NCBI GenBank assembly: GCA_964016885.1
Contig: OZ024740.1
Location: forward strand, 150,288,001 to 150,352,000
DNA length: 64,000 nucleotides
Reading direction: 5' to 3'
Source: Eledone cirrhosa
Lineage: Eukaryota
The notes under the pieces were generated by a model. The model searched no databases. It saw nothing but the letters and a program-made list of their open reading frames with translations, and was not told the DNA's origin. The position numbers and the translations under genes were made by a program. This document shows positions 12,100-26,311 of this stretch, piece after piece (within the stretch, counting starts at the first letter, position 1; each line of letters starts with the position of its first letter).

Positions 12100-13574
12100 G
12101 TGAAATATATAACCTGCAAACCTGATTTTTCAAGTTCACCCGAGCATAAAGTGAAAGGGACGCGTAACGGGCTACAGCGCATTAACATACATAAGAACGG
12201 TCACCCTGATGGAACCACCCGAAGCAAACGTATAATGACACGTAATCGCTACCGTAACGTCCTATGGTTCCCCCTCTCTCGGAGTGTGGCCTCCAACATA
12301 CCCCGGATATTCTTCGATGCCTTAGAGAAGAACTTCCCGCCCAACCATAGGTATAGAACAATTTTGAATAGGAATAATATAAAAATATCCTTCTCTACTA
12401 CTCCTAACCTAGCAGACATCATAGGAACAATGAACCACAGTAAGAACACCAAGACACAGCACCTTAGCACAGACGCACCTACACCTGACAATAACTATAT
12501 CGGCCCTAACAACTCCCTAGCAGCATCCAATAGTGCTGGCAACGGCCACTACAGACGCAACCAGCATAACCGCGTCATGACTGGGGAACATGCAGGACAT
12601 GACGTGCGGAGTAATAATCGTACCACCCCGTAGATAGCAACGTAGATAGCAACAATGATGGCCTAACCGTGGGAAGTGGAAGGAACCGCGACAGAAATTG
12701 CAACTGCCGCGACAGGGGACGCTGCCCCCTTAGAGGATACTGCTTGACTGATAGGGTTATATATAGGTGCACTGTAACTAGCCACAATAGTGTTAAATAT
12801 TATATAGGGGCTACCTCCGGCCCGTTCAAAATTAGATTTCGAACACATCTCCACTCTTTCACAAATAAGAAATTAAGACACTCCACTTCGCTCGCGGACT
12901 ACATCACATCATTAAAAGACTTAAACATCAGCTTCTCCACGCACTGGGATATTGTCGGCAGGGCTGCACCGTACAACTTCAAAAGGAAGTGCGATCTTTG
13001 CCTCATGGAGCTCTACCACATCATAACTGCACCCCACGAGCTCATCAACAGCAGAGTTGAAACGACGATAAGTTGTACACATCACTTAAAAATATCCTTC
13101 TTCAGATGGGTTAAGGATGAGGAGTGAAACCGTGTACACCCCAGCGGGCAGGCGCTGCAAAAAAAACACCCAGGAAACTAACCATGCATCCCAGACCAAG
13201 CCTTAAACGTCCCAGGCGAGCAGGTGCGGAAAAACAAACGTCTCAAAATAAGCGTTGATTACCTGACCCTGTGCGTATCGACAATGGTAAGGTTGTAACC
13301 ACATCTTGTAATGGATAAAACATTTGTCCGGGAAAGACTGCCCTAACACCGACCAGAGTTACCTCCCTTGACCTACTGCAAAATCAAAACTACGCTTTTT
13401 TTGCGAAGAATGAATTGTGACGTGACCTTAACTCCAAAAATACTTTCCGAGCAATGTAAGGAACACTTTTGGTTATTTATGCCCTTGACAAGCCCAACTG
13501 GGCGAAACGTACGTAGGTGATGTTTTAAATAAACATGTTTTAACGGTCTGTTCTCCGATTTCTTACTTTTCCAC

Positions 13575-13575
<1 letters not shown>
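12100..13575 (+). mobile_element. Penelope-like element (Naiad-type) 3' portion: post-RT linker, GIY-YIG endonuclease, 3' UTR with hammerhead
   Basis: RNVLWFP..FPPNHRYRTILNRNNIKISFS, then (frameshifted) CNC..CPLRGYC..VIYRC..YYIGAT..FK.R..H.SF..CDLC..E..INSR..C.H. Ends in (AT)n. Confidence 0.88.
13480..13520 (+). ncRNA. Minimal type I hammerhead ribozyme motif, U3-A8 core variant
   Basis: ccc-TTGACAA-GCCC aact GGGC-GAAA-CGTACG-TA-gg. Palindromic stem III; stem I weak. Confidence 0.6.
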
Positions 13576-13629
<54 letters not shown>

Positions 13630-13641
<12 letters not shown>

Positions 13642-14232
13642 TGAGGATGTCTGTATGTGTGTGAGTTTGAATCCCTAAAACTCGAGAAACACCCAACCGA
13701 CTGTTTTCAAACTTTAAACATGTAATACTTGTTTCAGGGACTGTTTTGAGCAAAGAAAATTTCAAATTTAGGGGATTTAGCGATCTCTCTTTATAATTCT
13801 TAGTCTTTCTCTTTTTAGATAGATAATACATATAACGTCGCGCCCTTATAATATCTGTCTGTATGCCTGGCTGTCTGCATTACGTCACTTCCCTGAGGAT
13901 GTCTGTGTGTCTGTGTGTGTGTGTGTGTGTGTGTGCTTGTGAGTTTGAATCCCTAAAACTCGAGAAATACCCAACCGACCTTTTTCAAACTTTACATATG
14001 TATTACTTATGTTTCAGGAAGTGTTATGCACATAACAAATTTATTTTCTTGATCCCCTAGGGCCCGCATTAGGTGAAAACCTGCATTTTTCCTGCTTCAT
14101 CGAGTAAAATCTAAAAGATTATCCAGCCATCAGAGTATTCGGTTTATTTTCTTTACATATTGTCCAGGCATGCAGTTTTTCCCCGCAGTTCAAAAATACC
14201 TTATCCCGTGCAACGCCGGGTACCACTGCTAA
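13630..14232 (+). mobile_element. Non-autonomous Helitron-like element (same family as 11065-11990)
   Basis: 5' tatataaaactgaggatgtctgt; 3' cccgtgcaacgccgggtaccactgCTAA|T. Confidence 0.75.
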
Positions 14233-14315
14233 TATATATATATATATATATATGAAGTATTTCCGTAGGAAAGGTACAGGAAAAAAGAGTGCTCTATGTA
14301 GGTTACAGAGCTTAT

Positions 14316-14381
14316 TAGTTATGTAATAAACAACATAAGATAATTATTTCATGAAATAATTATCTTATGTTGCTTATTACA

Positions 14382-14387
<6 letters not shown>
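14316..14387. repeat. Near-perfect palindrome between (AT)n tracts
   Basis: tagttatgtaataaacaacataagataattatttca|tgaaataattatcttatgttgcttattacataacta. Confidence 0.9.
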
Positions 14388-14444
<57 letters not shown>

Positions 14445-14504
14445 CACATAGTCTCTTTGTACCTCCCTCTTCACACACTCTCTCATTCTTTCTAGCTCTG
14501 TCTG

Positions 14505-14539
<35 letters not shown>

Positions 14540-14979
14540 CCCCCACTCTCAAGCGTGAACCTAATACCAACACTGTTCGTAACTGCACTCTTTACATTGT
14601 TTTTGCTTTTTACTTTGCCATATATGTATATATGGTGGCGATATACCGGAAGTATTGAAATTTGAATCTTTTAAAAGACGTGAATCTTGCAATATGCTAT
14701 AAAATTATTTATGATTAATCATTTGTTACGAAATTGAGTAGATACATTATGTAATATTCATTCAAAGTAACCCAACTTATTTTACTAACGGGATTAAAAA
14801 ATATATTCTGGACGCTGTCCCGCACTCCTCCCTTTATTATAGTTAAGATTCAAATTACTTTGTAAAGTAGTAGTATTAGTGGTAGTAATAATCTATATTA
14901 CAAAAGGAAACCTTTTGTCTATCTTCGGTCTCTCTCTCTGTTCGTCACACTTTATATGTATATATATATATATATATAT

Positions 14980-15016
<37 letters not shown>

Positions 15017-15045
15017 AAACAATTCAACATATAGACAACACAACT

Positions 15046-15288
15046 TTACAATAAGCAGGGATGTGGTATACCTATTTAAACCAAATACACAGAGAATGAT
15101 ACAGAACTGTCCGTTTTAAAATGTTTATATTTATATTAAAATATTTCATCGTAATTCTGTATGAGAAATCTTTTGAAGTAATATTCCAAACAACTTACTA
15201 ATGAAGAAGTTTATTTTTTAATATAAATATAAACATTTTAAAACAGAATTTGGTTTAAATAGGTATACCACATCCCTGCTTATTGTAA
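15046..15288. repeat. Inverted-repeat element with long interrupted arms
   Basis: ttacaataagcagggatgtggtatacctatttaaaccaaa and ttttaaaatgtttatatttatattaaaa are both mirrored at the right end. Confidence 0.85.
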
Positions 15289-16501
15289 GAAGCAACTAAA
15301 AGTGTTGGTACCAGGAAGGGCATCCGACTAAAACATTACCACAGTAAGGATTCCTTAATAAATAAGAAACATGTTACGGGACCCACATGGCTACTCCTTA
15401 CTTTAGCAGGGGAAAAAATGAACTTAAAAAGCTTATTAGTTTTGTATAAAAAACCAGGGCAGTTTCAGCTCGGTTGGTATTAAAAAGGTCAATGCAAAGA
15501 TATAAGAGTCTGTTGAAGGATGATGAAGTGAAACAAAATTATATGAAAAGAAAATTTTGAGAAGAATATAAGAGGTAGATCAAAGAAGACTCCAGATATA
15601 TAACTTAAACAACAGTATCGTTATCATTGTTAGCACCTTTCGTTATCAAGAAATTAATTCCATTGATTTTATCTTTGTGTTCTAAGATGGTGATATGAGC
15701 TGATTTTTCACTCAATAACAGCCTGGTAACAAGGACATAAAAACTAGATCACCAACCTTATGCTGAAGTGGAATGGAATGGAACTCTGTCGCTTTCGACG
15801 ATGAGTGTTCCAGTTGTTCGATCAATAGAATAGTCTACTTATAAAATTAACTTGTGAGTGTATCCTTAACGAAATTCTCAGGAAGATTCAACATGAGACA
15901 GTGTGAGATATGACTGGCCCTTTGATTTATTACAGGTGCAGCACATCAGATTGCTTCCAAATAGTTTTTGTCGACTCTATTTCAAGAAATAGGCATAGGT
16001 TGACATGAGGCTATAGTAAATGGCCCTTGCTCAAGATGCCACACGGTGAGATCGAACGATAGAACTGACCTAATGATTGCGAAGCGAACTTCTTAACCCT
16101 TCGGCCATGTTGTGTTCACAATATCCAGATGTAATAAGCTAAAATAAAATAGTTCTAAGTTTAATTGAAACTTCAAATAAATATGTCATTTAAATCTACA
16201 ACTCTGTATTTTTCTTGTTTACGTTGCCTTTCTCGTTTGACCAATATATACTGGCTACATCAGTAGAACTTAACTTTGTTGAACAATAGACATCCTAGCC
16301 TCACATCTTGTTTTGCTCTGTTCATAAGTTGAAGACGATCTTTGACGAATCTCTTAAGCGGTAGACAGACTAGGAAGGGGAACAGAAAACCGATTGTATT
16401 TTCCACCAAAATTAGAAATATTACACGCAAACGAAAAATAAGTATTGATTTGGCATCTTAGCACTGGGATGTGGAAAAATATCCTCTTTAACTGGAATTT
16501 G

Positions 16502-16597
<96 letters not shown>

Positions 16598-16606
16598 ACA
16601 CACACA

Positions 16607-16648
<42 letters not shown>

Positions 16649-16849
16649 GTGTATGTATGCCGGGACACATAACTCCTGATAGAGTCGTCATGGGGCTCCA
16701 CCATGGACTACGGCGTGTCTTGGAAATTTTAAGCATGGGGAGCCTACCTTCTATTCAGGCCTAAACACAGTCGATTTCTTCCAGAGAAGGAGACAGCAAA
16801 TGGTTATGCCTTAAATATCATTTCAGTCCAGCTGCTAATTTAATCATCA

Positions 16850-18130
16850 AGCAGCATTTAATGTAGATAGACAGTATTTTGAGCGGAGCAGAATGGAAGG
16901 TTTGATCGAATCTTGGTATTAGATCTTAGATCACGAAAATGAAACAGACAAGATTTTTGTAAGTTCTTTATACCTTCATGGCAGGCAGTTCTCCATTTTC
17001 CAGGTTAGCAACCAAGGCTTCAAAAGAAGTAAGAGGTATGTTCACAGATATAAGATTGTACTTCAGTTTGTCTTTATATCTGAGTAATTGTCTGCCTACA
17101 TTACATGCTCTATGACGAAATTGACTGTATAACACTACCTTGTGTGTGCGGTCTTTAGTCATCCGTAGCACACGACCAGTCAATCTAAGTTGGGATTGCA
17201 TCAGAAATGACCCTATCATACCGATGTTGCACCTCAGAAACAGATAGACATTGGAAACTCTGTCAGAAAGTGCATAGCTACAGATAAAATGAAAAGAATG
17301 TTTCTGGAAAACATCAAACTTATAAACGTGGGTGTGATAAAGTGTTCAAAACTCTACGTCGCATGAGAGTATTATCCGTACCACTCCAGGATAAACTGCA
17401 ACTTTCGTTTTCAGGGATATACCTCTGACACCCCACAGACGAGGATATAATTTGCCAAAAGAGTCAGTTGCTTTGGAGACGCGATTGACGATCTCATCAT
17501 CCAGGGTTGTAAAGGGGTTTACCTTGTTGCCAATGTACTCTAGATGCTCGTGTCCTGGATGTCCCTGTTTAACATTTTCTACTTGTCGGGAGGTTGATGT
17601 ATCACTTCAGCGTTTTTAATGCTGAATGTTAAACCAAACGCCTTACGAGCAAGCGAGAAGCAGTTCATCAATTCTTTTGCTTCTTCAAGAGATGATACAA
17701 AACCTGCAGCATCACCAGCAAATAGCCTTAAAGTGCTGATGGTTGAATAGCCTACTTGATGTATGGAATTCAAATCTGACATTAGTGTCTAAGTGGCCAA
17801 ACGCATACTGGAGTATTACAGGGTAGACCAAAACAAAGAGAACATGATCCATGACACAACCCTGCTTCGTATCGTTTGTGACACCAAAGGGTTCAGAGCA
17901 TTCATCATTTGACATAATCGATGCTCTCATGCCCCCATGAAAATACATTATAATATTCAGTATATTGTCAGGTATGCAAAGCTTTTTGAGAATTTTCAGA
18001 GAGTTTTATGATTGACAGCGTCAAAGGTTTTGCTCAAGTCGACTAAAACTATAAACAACATCTGATTCTTTTCCCGAACCTTCGGTGCAATTTAGCGGAG
18101 GGAGAAAATCATGTCAATAGAACCCCTACT
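16850..18130 (-). mobile_element. Decayed RTE/BovB-like LINE (RT region)
   Basis: Frameshifted FHGGMRASI..EPFGVTNDTKQGCV, LFAGDAA (degenerate ADD motif), KAFGLTFSIK and LRLTGRVLRM...RQLLRYKDKLK. Confidence 0.8.
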
Positions 18131-18364
18131 ATGTACATAGGCGTCAAAACTATATGTTTGCGCCTATATCGAGTGCCAGCAGAAAGTGAGGTAGAGGGGT
18201 GCATTATCTTGATAACGACCATAAGTCAGATACAGCTGTCGGTAATATCCCATTGGGTCTACTGGAAATCGCTAGGTGGCGCCTTGAAACCACCTTTCAA
18301 AATTCATAGTCAAAGGCTTTCAAATGTTTATTCGTAAACATATCGTATATTATTCGATATACAA

Positions 18365-18463
<99 letters not shown>

Positions 18464-18809
18464 CCGTATGTAGTTGACGGACGAAAGAAAAGAGTACTCA
18501 AAAGTAGAGTTTAAATATTCGTTTATTATAGTTAAATAGTGAGTCTTGTTACTCTGGAGTTTCACCTGCGTACTCACAGGGTCGTCTGACAAGAACTAAA
18601 CTTTCAATAGTAGAGGCAGCACGAATGAAGGAAGATTCAGAGGGTTGGGGAGAAGGAGGGAAAAGATCCGGAGAGAAGTTACTTGAATAGAGGAATGAAT
18701 CAGATGAAAATAGAATAGAAAGGATGGTAGGAAGGATTGAGGCAATGGGAAGAAGGTGATAATGGATATGTAGGGCATGGGTAAAGAGAAGAAAGAATAG
18801 TTTTTAAAT

Positions 18810-18974
18810 CAGTCATGGGAAAATTTGCTGCCCGCGAGCTGCATGCGGCCCGTTTGGCTTTCCGAATGGCACACCTAATTTCAAAATTACCTTGAATTTT
18901 ATAGGAGTGCAACCCGCCTTATTATAAGCCACATCCTATGCGGCCCACTGCTCGATAAAGGTTGCCCATACTTG
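18810..18974. mobile_element. hAT-type MITE
   Basis: Imperfect TIRs cagtcatgggaaa / ttgcccatacttg, subterminal gcggccc motifs, and near-TSD ttttaaat / ttttaaag. Confidence 0.7.
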
Positions 18975-19667
18975 TTTTAAAGGTTGGTAAGCTGAAATAG
19001 GTATTTTTACTGAAATGAAGAAGATAAGATGAATTAGGTGAGTGCCATTGAAGGAAAGAATGCAACCCGTGATGAGAATCTAGTAGAGGATGATGGTGAT
19101 GGTAGGCGTGTAAGGGTAGTGAAGAAGAAAAGGAAAATTTTGTGGAATTGGCTGAATTCTTCTATCTCTACTTAGTTATTTGCTGTTTAAAATATATAAT
19201 ATCGAACGAATAGAAGTAAACACACACACGTACACCAGGTCCGAATACAGAGGAACCGAACTACCACTGTCTTCACCTCCATCTCTCTCGCCCTCCCCAT
19301 CTCTCACTATTACGAGCAAATGGGGCCCTACGCGCTGGCCACCCCCACGGCCCCGGTGGACAGAATAGAGAAGGCGCTTCCTCGGAGGATGGTGAGGGAG
19401 ATGCGCTGAAAGAGCCATTCCATCTCGAGAGGCTCACAACTGCGCCTAGACAGCTAAGCGCCTATGTTGGTGAGCAGGGAGGTAGCCCCAAATGGAATGG
19501 TTCAATGTATATTTGGTGGTAGTGGGTAGGTTGAAATACTGTGTGGAGTGGTAGTATGAGACATAAAGTATGAAAAATTATGGTGAAAAATGCTTTTATG
19601 AAAATATATATTTAAAATTAAGATTAGAACTAGAATTAAAATAAAATAAGATATAGAGATTATAAAG

Positions 19668-19822
19668 ATAATTGTTTCTATTTTAGGCACAAGGCCAGCA
19701 AATACCCAGTACATTACTGGTACTTTATTTTATCGACTCTGTAATGATGAAAGGCAAAGTTAACCTCGGCGGGATTTGAACTCAGATCATAAAGGGACGC
19801 AACTCTATGGTTCAAAGCATGG
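19668..19822 (-). mobile_element. SINE family A, 5'-truncated
   Basis: Core and tail match the other copies. Confidence 0.85.
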
Positions 19823-20356
19823 TATAAAATAATGTTCTATTTTTACTAAATTTTAAACTTCGCTCGCTGTTTCAAAACAAACTTACTTGTCTAAATATAA
19901 TATGATGCAATACTATAAAGATTATGAAAATATAAAATTATGAGTTACAGTGTAAGATATAAAGGTGGTGAAATATTTATATGTAATTATAGTAATGGTA
20001 AAAACTATGATGGATAGGTGAGTAAGTGTTGGCGAGTGGGCGAGGGAGATCGGTTTCAAGGAAAATATGTAAAATGTAAGGAATGAAAAATGAAAAAGGG
20101 AAAAAAGAAATATAAATATAAAAATAAAATATTAGGATTAAGAAAATATGAAGATTATGAAGATCACGAAATATGAAATCATGGAATATAATATACGATA
20201 TATATAGGTAGTGAAATATATGAAATAAATTGTTTTGATGCTGGGTTATCCGCTGTCAGCAAAGCTTAGTGGGTGGCAGTGGTTGTCGAGATATAGAGTC
20301 TAGAGAGAGTGATAGAGAGATGTTCCTTCGACGTTTGCACAATCGGGAATACATAG

Positions 20357-20700
20357 TTATCCAGTAGGTAATCCGTGTGGCAGTGGGTTATCCGGTATGT
20401 GGGCTGGGGTTGTCCCGGGGGCAGAATAGTTGAAGTGAAACAAGCTGAATTTTCTTGTATGTATGGAAGACGACTGTGTTTCTTCTCGGGAATTCAAGAT
20501 ATTGGTTGATGAGGCAAGGATATTTAGCTTTTCATTGGTGCACAAGTGGCATCTCGTACCTCGTCAGCTGTAGACTGTCACCTTTGCCACAATGAGCCAT
20601 TTGATGGTAGGGTTTGTACATGCATACATGATGGCTGTAACTCGATTTAAGTAATGCCGTCGCTTTATACTTAAGCATGAGCATCACTGACGTAGCTTTT
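20357..20700 (-). mobile_element. Penelope-like GIY-YIG C-terminal fragment
   Basis: CHLCTNEKLNIL..NILNSREE..S.HTRKF resembles the C-terminus of the 12.7-kb element. Confidence 0.7.
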
Positions 20701-21134
20701 TAGTATTGCTAGGGACTTGCTTATGGCCAGCAATACCATGCATCGCAAAAAATGTCACATATCAAACAATGCCTGTGCTTGAAGCTTTTTTAAATGAGGA
20801 AAGGCTTTGCACGAGTCCAATCCCACTCTCTGAATATCGAATACATTGCCCCCAAAGAAGAATTGGTCTACATCATTGGATGCAAACGAAGTTGCAGGTT
20901 TTATATCAGAGTGACCTCTTAGAGGGATGTCTTAATGAAAACTAGGAGTCTTTCGTTCCACAAAAAACATACATACATACAAACACATACACACATACAC
21001 ATTCATACATGCATACATACATACATACATACATACAGAAACACACACATACATACATATATACATACATAGATACATACATACATACATACATACATAC
21101 ATACATACATACATACATACATACATACATACAT

Positions 21135-22200
21135 AGTAACACTGAAGCAACACCTGAAACAGAGGAAAAAGGTTGGCAACCATCTTGCCCAGGTTTATGA
21201 GTATGAAAAAAAAAATATCATTAGAATAGCGACTGATCTGGAGGAGAGATATGGAATAAAGCCTGATATAAATCTCTCACCCAGAGAAATCGGAAGATCC
21301 TATTCAATGTTCAAACAAGATGAAAAAATTGACCAATTTTTACAGAAAAAGTTGTGCATGGATACTTGAGACGTAAAACACAGACCATAGAGGGGATAAA
21401 CCACTCAAAAAGCCTGGCATGGAGTTCCGACAGGTTTATGACATCACACTTTGAGGGATATCTCTATGCAATACAGGAACAAGAACTCCCTACCAAATAT
21501 CTGCTGCACAAAAGGGGAGGGCCATCAGCTGACAATAAATGTAGGCTATGTAAAACAAAGATTAAGGATGTAAGCCACATTGTTGCCATCTGGGAAAGAA
21601 TGTCATCTCGCTACTACCCCCCCTCCAATGAGACACGATGGGATAGCTAGAACCATCTGGAACGCACTTCGGAAAACAAAATTAACAACAAACGAGGAAG
21701 AATATATTGAGACAGATGGCACTAAGGAATACTGGTGGAACCTGAAAATAAAAACTGCCACCAAATTAAAGCACAACCGGCCTGATATTGTTGTTTGGGA
21801 CCACACATTGTAAACGTGTTCTGTTGAGGAGATCAGCTGCCCACTTGATGTAAACGTTGTCAGAAAAATACAGGAGAAGGAGGACATCTACGGACCATTG
21901 ATGAGGAGTTTACAAATCCAGTATCCAAGATACACCTTTAGCTTCATACCCATCATTATTGGAGCTACGGGTTATATACCAACCCGCTTGGACCAAAGTA
22001 TGACTGAACTTGGATTTTCAGACAAAGAGCGCAGCTCCTTAATTCATGGTCTACGAATGGCTGCGATAGCTGACACCTTCAAAATTTGCAAAACATTCTT
22101 GCGATTCAAGGAATGACAATTTCTTTTCTTTTACAACCTTGCCACCGGGAAGGTGGCCGGTCAAAAAAATATACTCGAAATTAAGAGAAAGAGATAACAT
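21135..22200 (+). mobile_element. R4/Dong-type RLE non-LTR retrotransposon 3' fragment
   Basis: AIQEQELPTKY..CRLC..SHIV..RHDGIA..WWNLKIKT..KHNRPDIVVWD..EISCP..EKEDIY..IPIIIGATG (CCHC knuckle plus RLE); stops and frameshifts. Confidence 0.82.
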
Positions 22201-23172
22201 ACACAACAATACTTATATTTAGTCTTAGTGTCTCTTTTACATCGTCAGAATGTACAGAGAAAGTCGCTTTACAAAAGTCATTTTCAATCTTCTTTGATTT
22301 TGGATTTTCATACGACCTCCTGAGCAATATATTATTCTACCTTATTGTATTATTCATATACCCTCCTGCTATATTCACACACCATATGGTTGATAACTTC
22401 CACTACTTTGTCACACATACGACATTCAGTATCCTGCTGGCAAACTAACGACGGAGCTTCCATCATGAAGTCATTGAACCTGCTAGAAATAATAGCTCGA
22501 GCTAGAAAGAACAAAAATAACCGAAAACAAGACAACAAAAAAAAAACAACAAAAAAACAAAAACAAGAACAAGAAAAGCAGGAAGATACAAAGAGAAATC
22601 TCGAAAAGGAAATATAACGAACTCGAAGCCTGCAAAATGAAAATGCAGAAACACAAGAAAAAGTTAATTATTAGAGATAGATATAGGATTTTCATTGCCA
22701 AAGAAATTGAAATAACAACAAAACAACAAAACAAAAACAAAAATCAATAGAAGACAAAGGAATGCAAATATTATTCAAAATAGAAGACATGCACAAGTTC
22801 AAAATAATAGTGTCAACAACAATACTTTTCCAGAAGAAAATTTACTGCTTCATTCATCTGAGCCTATGAACATTGTTGGTTAATCTTTTAGTGCCAAACA
22901 TTTCTTATCAGAACGTCCCTCAGGTAGTAAATTTAATAACTGTTGTCACAAAGGTAAAATGATATTGCTTCATTGAAGACACGCTACTATATCTACGCAA
23001 TTTAGTGATCTCCCAGTGAATTAGGACATTATATTTTACAACTCGACACTTTCCTTTTCTTCACTGAGAGCTCAAGTATCTGATATTTCAGTTCGCGAAC
23101 CACATTAATAATTGTCACAGCAATATGCATCCTACTGGAAGAAAATGGCGATTAATTGTTTCTCTTGACATA

Positions 23173-23340
23173 CCGTATTACACGGCGTTGAAGACGCTAC
23201 TTTTTCCCTAAAATAAGTCTAAAAAATCTACCATACGTCCTGGAAGCCGAAGGTTGTTTATTATTTTTTTTCTAATTTTTGGTTGTCAAAATTAGGGTGC
23301 GTCCTCGAGGACGAAGCGTCTTCGGCACCGGGAAATACGG
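23173..23340. mobile_element. Tc1/pogo(Tigger)-type MITE
   Basis: TA|ccgtatt..gaagacgc ... gcgtcttc..aatacgg|TA: terminal inverted repeats with a TA TSD. Confidence 0.75.
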
Positions 23341-23750
23341 TAGTTGATTCGAAAAGGTACTGAAATAGGATTACAGAATCAGCTCAATGAAAGATTCATC
23401 CCCTAACTACTTTAGATTAGATGATAAAAAACACACAATAATTATTTGTTTGTTTGTTAATTTTGTTCATTTATTTATTTATTTAATCATTTTACTTATT
23501 TAAACGTCTGTGTCGAGCTGGTAAGCCTTGACAGACTGATTTAAGAAACAAAAACGAGAGAGAGAGGGAGAGAGAGAGAGAGAGATAAGGAATATAAGAA
23601 TACTATCTGGCCCGTCCGGCTGGCGCTCGGATAGGTATACCTGCCCCCACCACTCCACTGCAAAGATACCACACACCCTCCCGTGTCACATTGCCTTCCG
23701 ACTCTCTCTCTCTCTCTCGCTCTCTCTGAACTAACACTTTTCCCCTACCC

Positions 23751-23895
<145 letters not shown>

Positions 23896-24436
23896 CTTTT
23901 TTGAAGGGAGATACGGAAACTAAAACAGTGTTGTCATATAGAGAGTGAAGAGCGACAGAGAGAGTAAAGCAGTTAAATTATAGAGAGGAGGAATGATCTA
24001 TTATAGAGAGAGAGAAGAGCGACGGAGAGAGTAAAGCTAAGAAACTATAGGGAGGTGTGTAGGATACATACATACATAATACACACAGCACTCAGCTTTA
24101 TAATATTATAGATTGACAATGAACATTGTTTTGAACGTAACTTTCGTCTTAACATCTCGATGTCAAGAAACTCTTTTCATTAAACATACCAAGGTAGTGG
24201 ATTGGACAGCAGTAAAAAGAAAAACAAAATACAACCAGCTTCTTAAAAAAATAGGTAATAATGATAAAAGCCTCTTCTGTCGGAGACTTTGGGGTGCCGT
24301 CCTGACGCACGTCATATTTTCGCATTTTAAACCTACATTTTAAACCTAGCAGAGCCCATCCATCTCCAGAGCGGAACATAGCCGGTTTCTTTAAGAGAAA
24401 GAGAAAAGAAAGAGGGAGAGAAAAGCAAGGTAAAGT

Positions 24437-24621
24437 AATAATTGTTTCTACTTTAGGCACAAGGCCAGCAATTATCCAGTGTATTACTGGTACTTTATTT
24501 TATCGACCCCGTAAGGATGAAAGGCAAAGTTAACCTCGGCGGGATTTGAACTCAGAATGGCAAGGGCCGTAACTCTATGCGTCAAAGCATGGCGTCCGAC
24601 CCTCTATCGATACTGCAAATC
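24437..24621 (-). mobile_element. SINE family A
   Basis: Near-identical to the other copies. Confidence 0.9.
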
Positions 24622-24843
24622 AATAATCTACCCCACAACTGTATTGTACGGTAGACAATTATTTTAGTAACACATTGTCGACTGTCGTCTTCAAGTTGAG
24701 GCAAGTTGAATTATGCGATATATGAATACTCATACTATAGCCCCCTCCCCACATATGCTTATTCAAACATATACATATACATGTTTATGACCATATATTC
24801 ATATATATACACATATGTGTATCTATGGGGGTATGTGAGCGTG

Positions 24844-24925
<82 letters not shown>

Positions 24926-25772
24926 TGCATATACACAAATATGTATCTGTACACACACACACACACACGCGCATACATATGTGTGTGTGTGTATGTGTAT
25001 ATATATACATAGTTGTGTGTATATGCATGCATATATATCATATATAGATATATATATATACATCCATAGATACACATATGTACACATGCATACATGTATA
25101 TATGTATATATGAATATATGCACATAAATATATATATATATATATATATAATTGTGTATGTATGTAAGCGTAAATGCTTCTGCATGGATGTGTGTATGGT
25201 TGTGTTTAATTATCCACAGAAGCCACCTTCGCTCTCCACCAATAAATATATATTAAAATGAATATTTAAAAAATTAAAAGATAACATACATCGAAATTCC
25301 GTCTTTAGATCTATTAGATATGATCTTCAATATTTCTACATAAGTTCTTTCAAGTTTCTTGGTGTCGCTGATTTTTGGATTTTTTAAAACCTATAAATCA
25401 ACTTAATACACATATTTCACTATTGATGTTATGTAATCGAGAAGCTGGTAGAGTCTGGAACGTTAGATAGAAGGCTTAGCGGTGTTCGTTTCGGCTCTCT
25501 GAGCTTTGATTTCAAATTCCACCAATGTGAACTTGCCTTTCATTTGTTCGAGGTCAATGCACCAATTCCATATTGGGGAGTGATTCTTTATCTGGAAGTA
25601 ATTGCATTTGTGCAGACCTGGAGAGGGAAAGGTTCTGCTAGATTTAAAATGCTACGCAGCACCCCTACAACTCCACCAGGAGTTATGGGAGTCTGACATG
25701 GCATGGCATTGGTGTTTTCATTTATTGTCCATAGTGTGTTAGTTACACTACTGCGTAAAAAAACCCAACATA

Positions 25773-25962
25773 ATAATAATTGTTTCTACTTTAGGCACAA
25801 GGTAGCAATTACCCAGTGCATTACTGGTACTTTACTTTATCGACCCCGTAAGGATGAAAGGCAAAGTCAACCTCGGCGGGATTTGAACTCAGATCGTAAA
25901 GGGACGTAACTATGCTGGAGAGCATGGCGTCCGACCCTCTACCGATACTGCCAATCCACCGC
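25773..25962 (-). mobile_element. SINE family A, full length
   Basis: Near-identical to the copy at 33051-33240. Confidence 0.9.
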
Positions 25963-26173
25963 AAATTTCTGATTTAGACACAAAGCCAACAATTTTTCGG
26001 GAAAGGGAAAGTCGATTACATCGACTCCAGTGGTACTTTTTCTTTGCTAGTAACGGGAAATAAAGCACACAACGCACCGCCAGGAATCGAATCTTTTTAA
26101 GTATAAAGTAATTCGTTCAGTAATGGTTTCACTGGTCTTAACTAGTAACAACACATAACATTACACATACACA

Positions 26174-26311
<138 letters not shown>

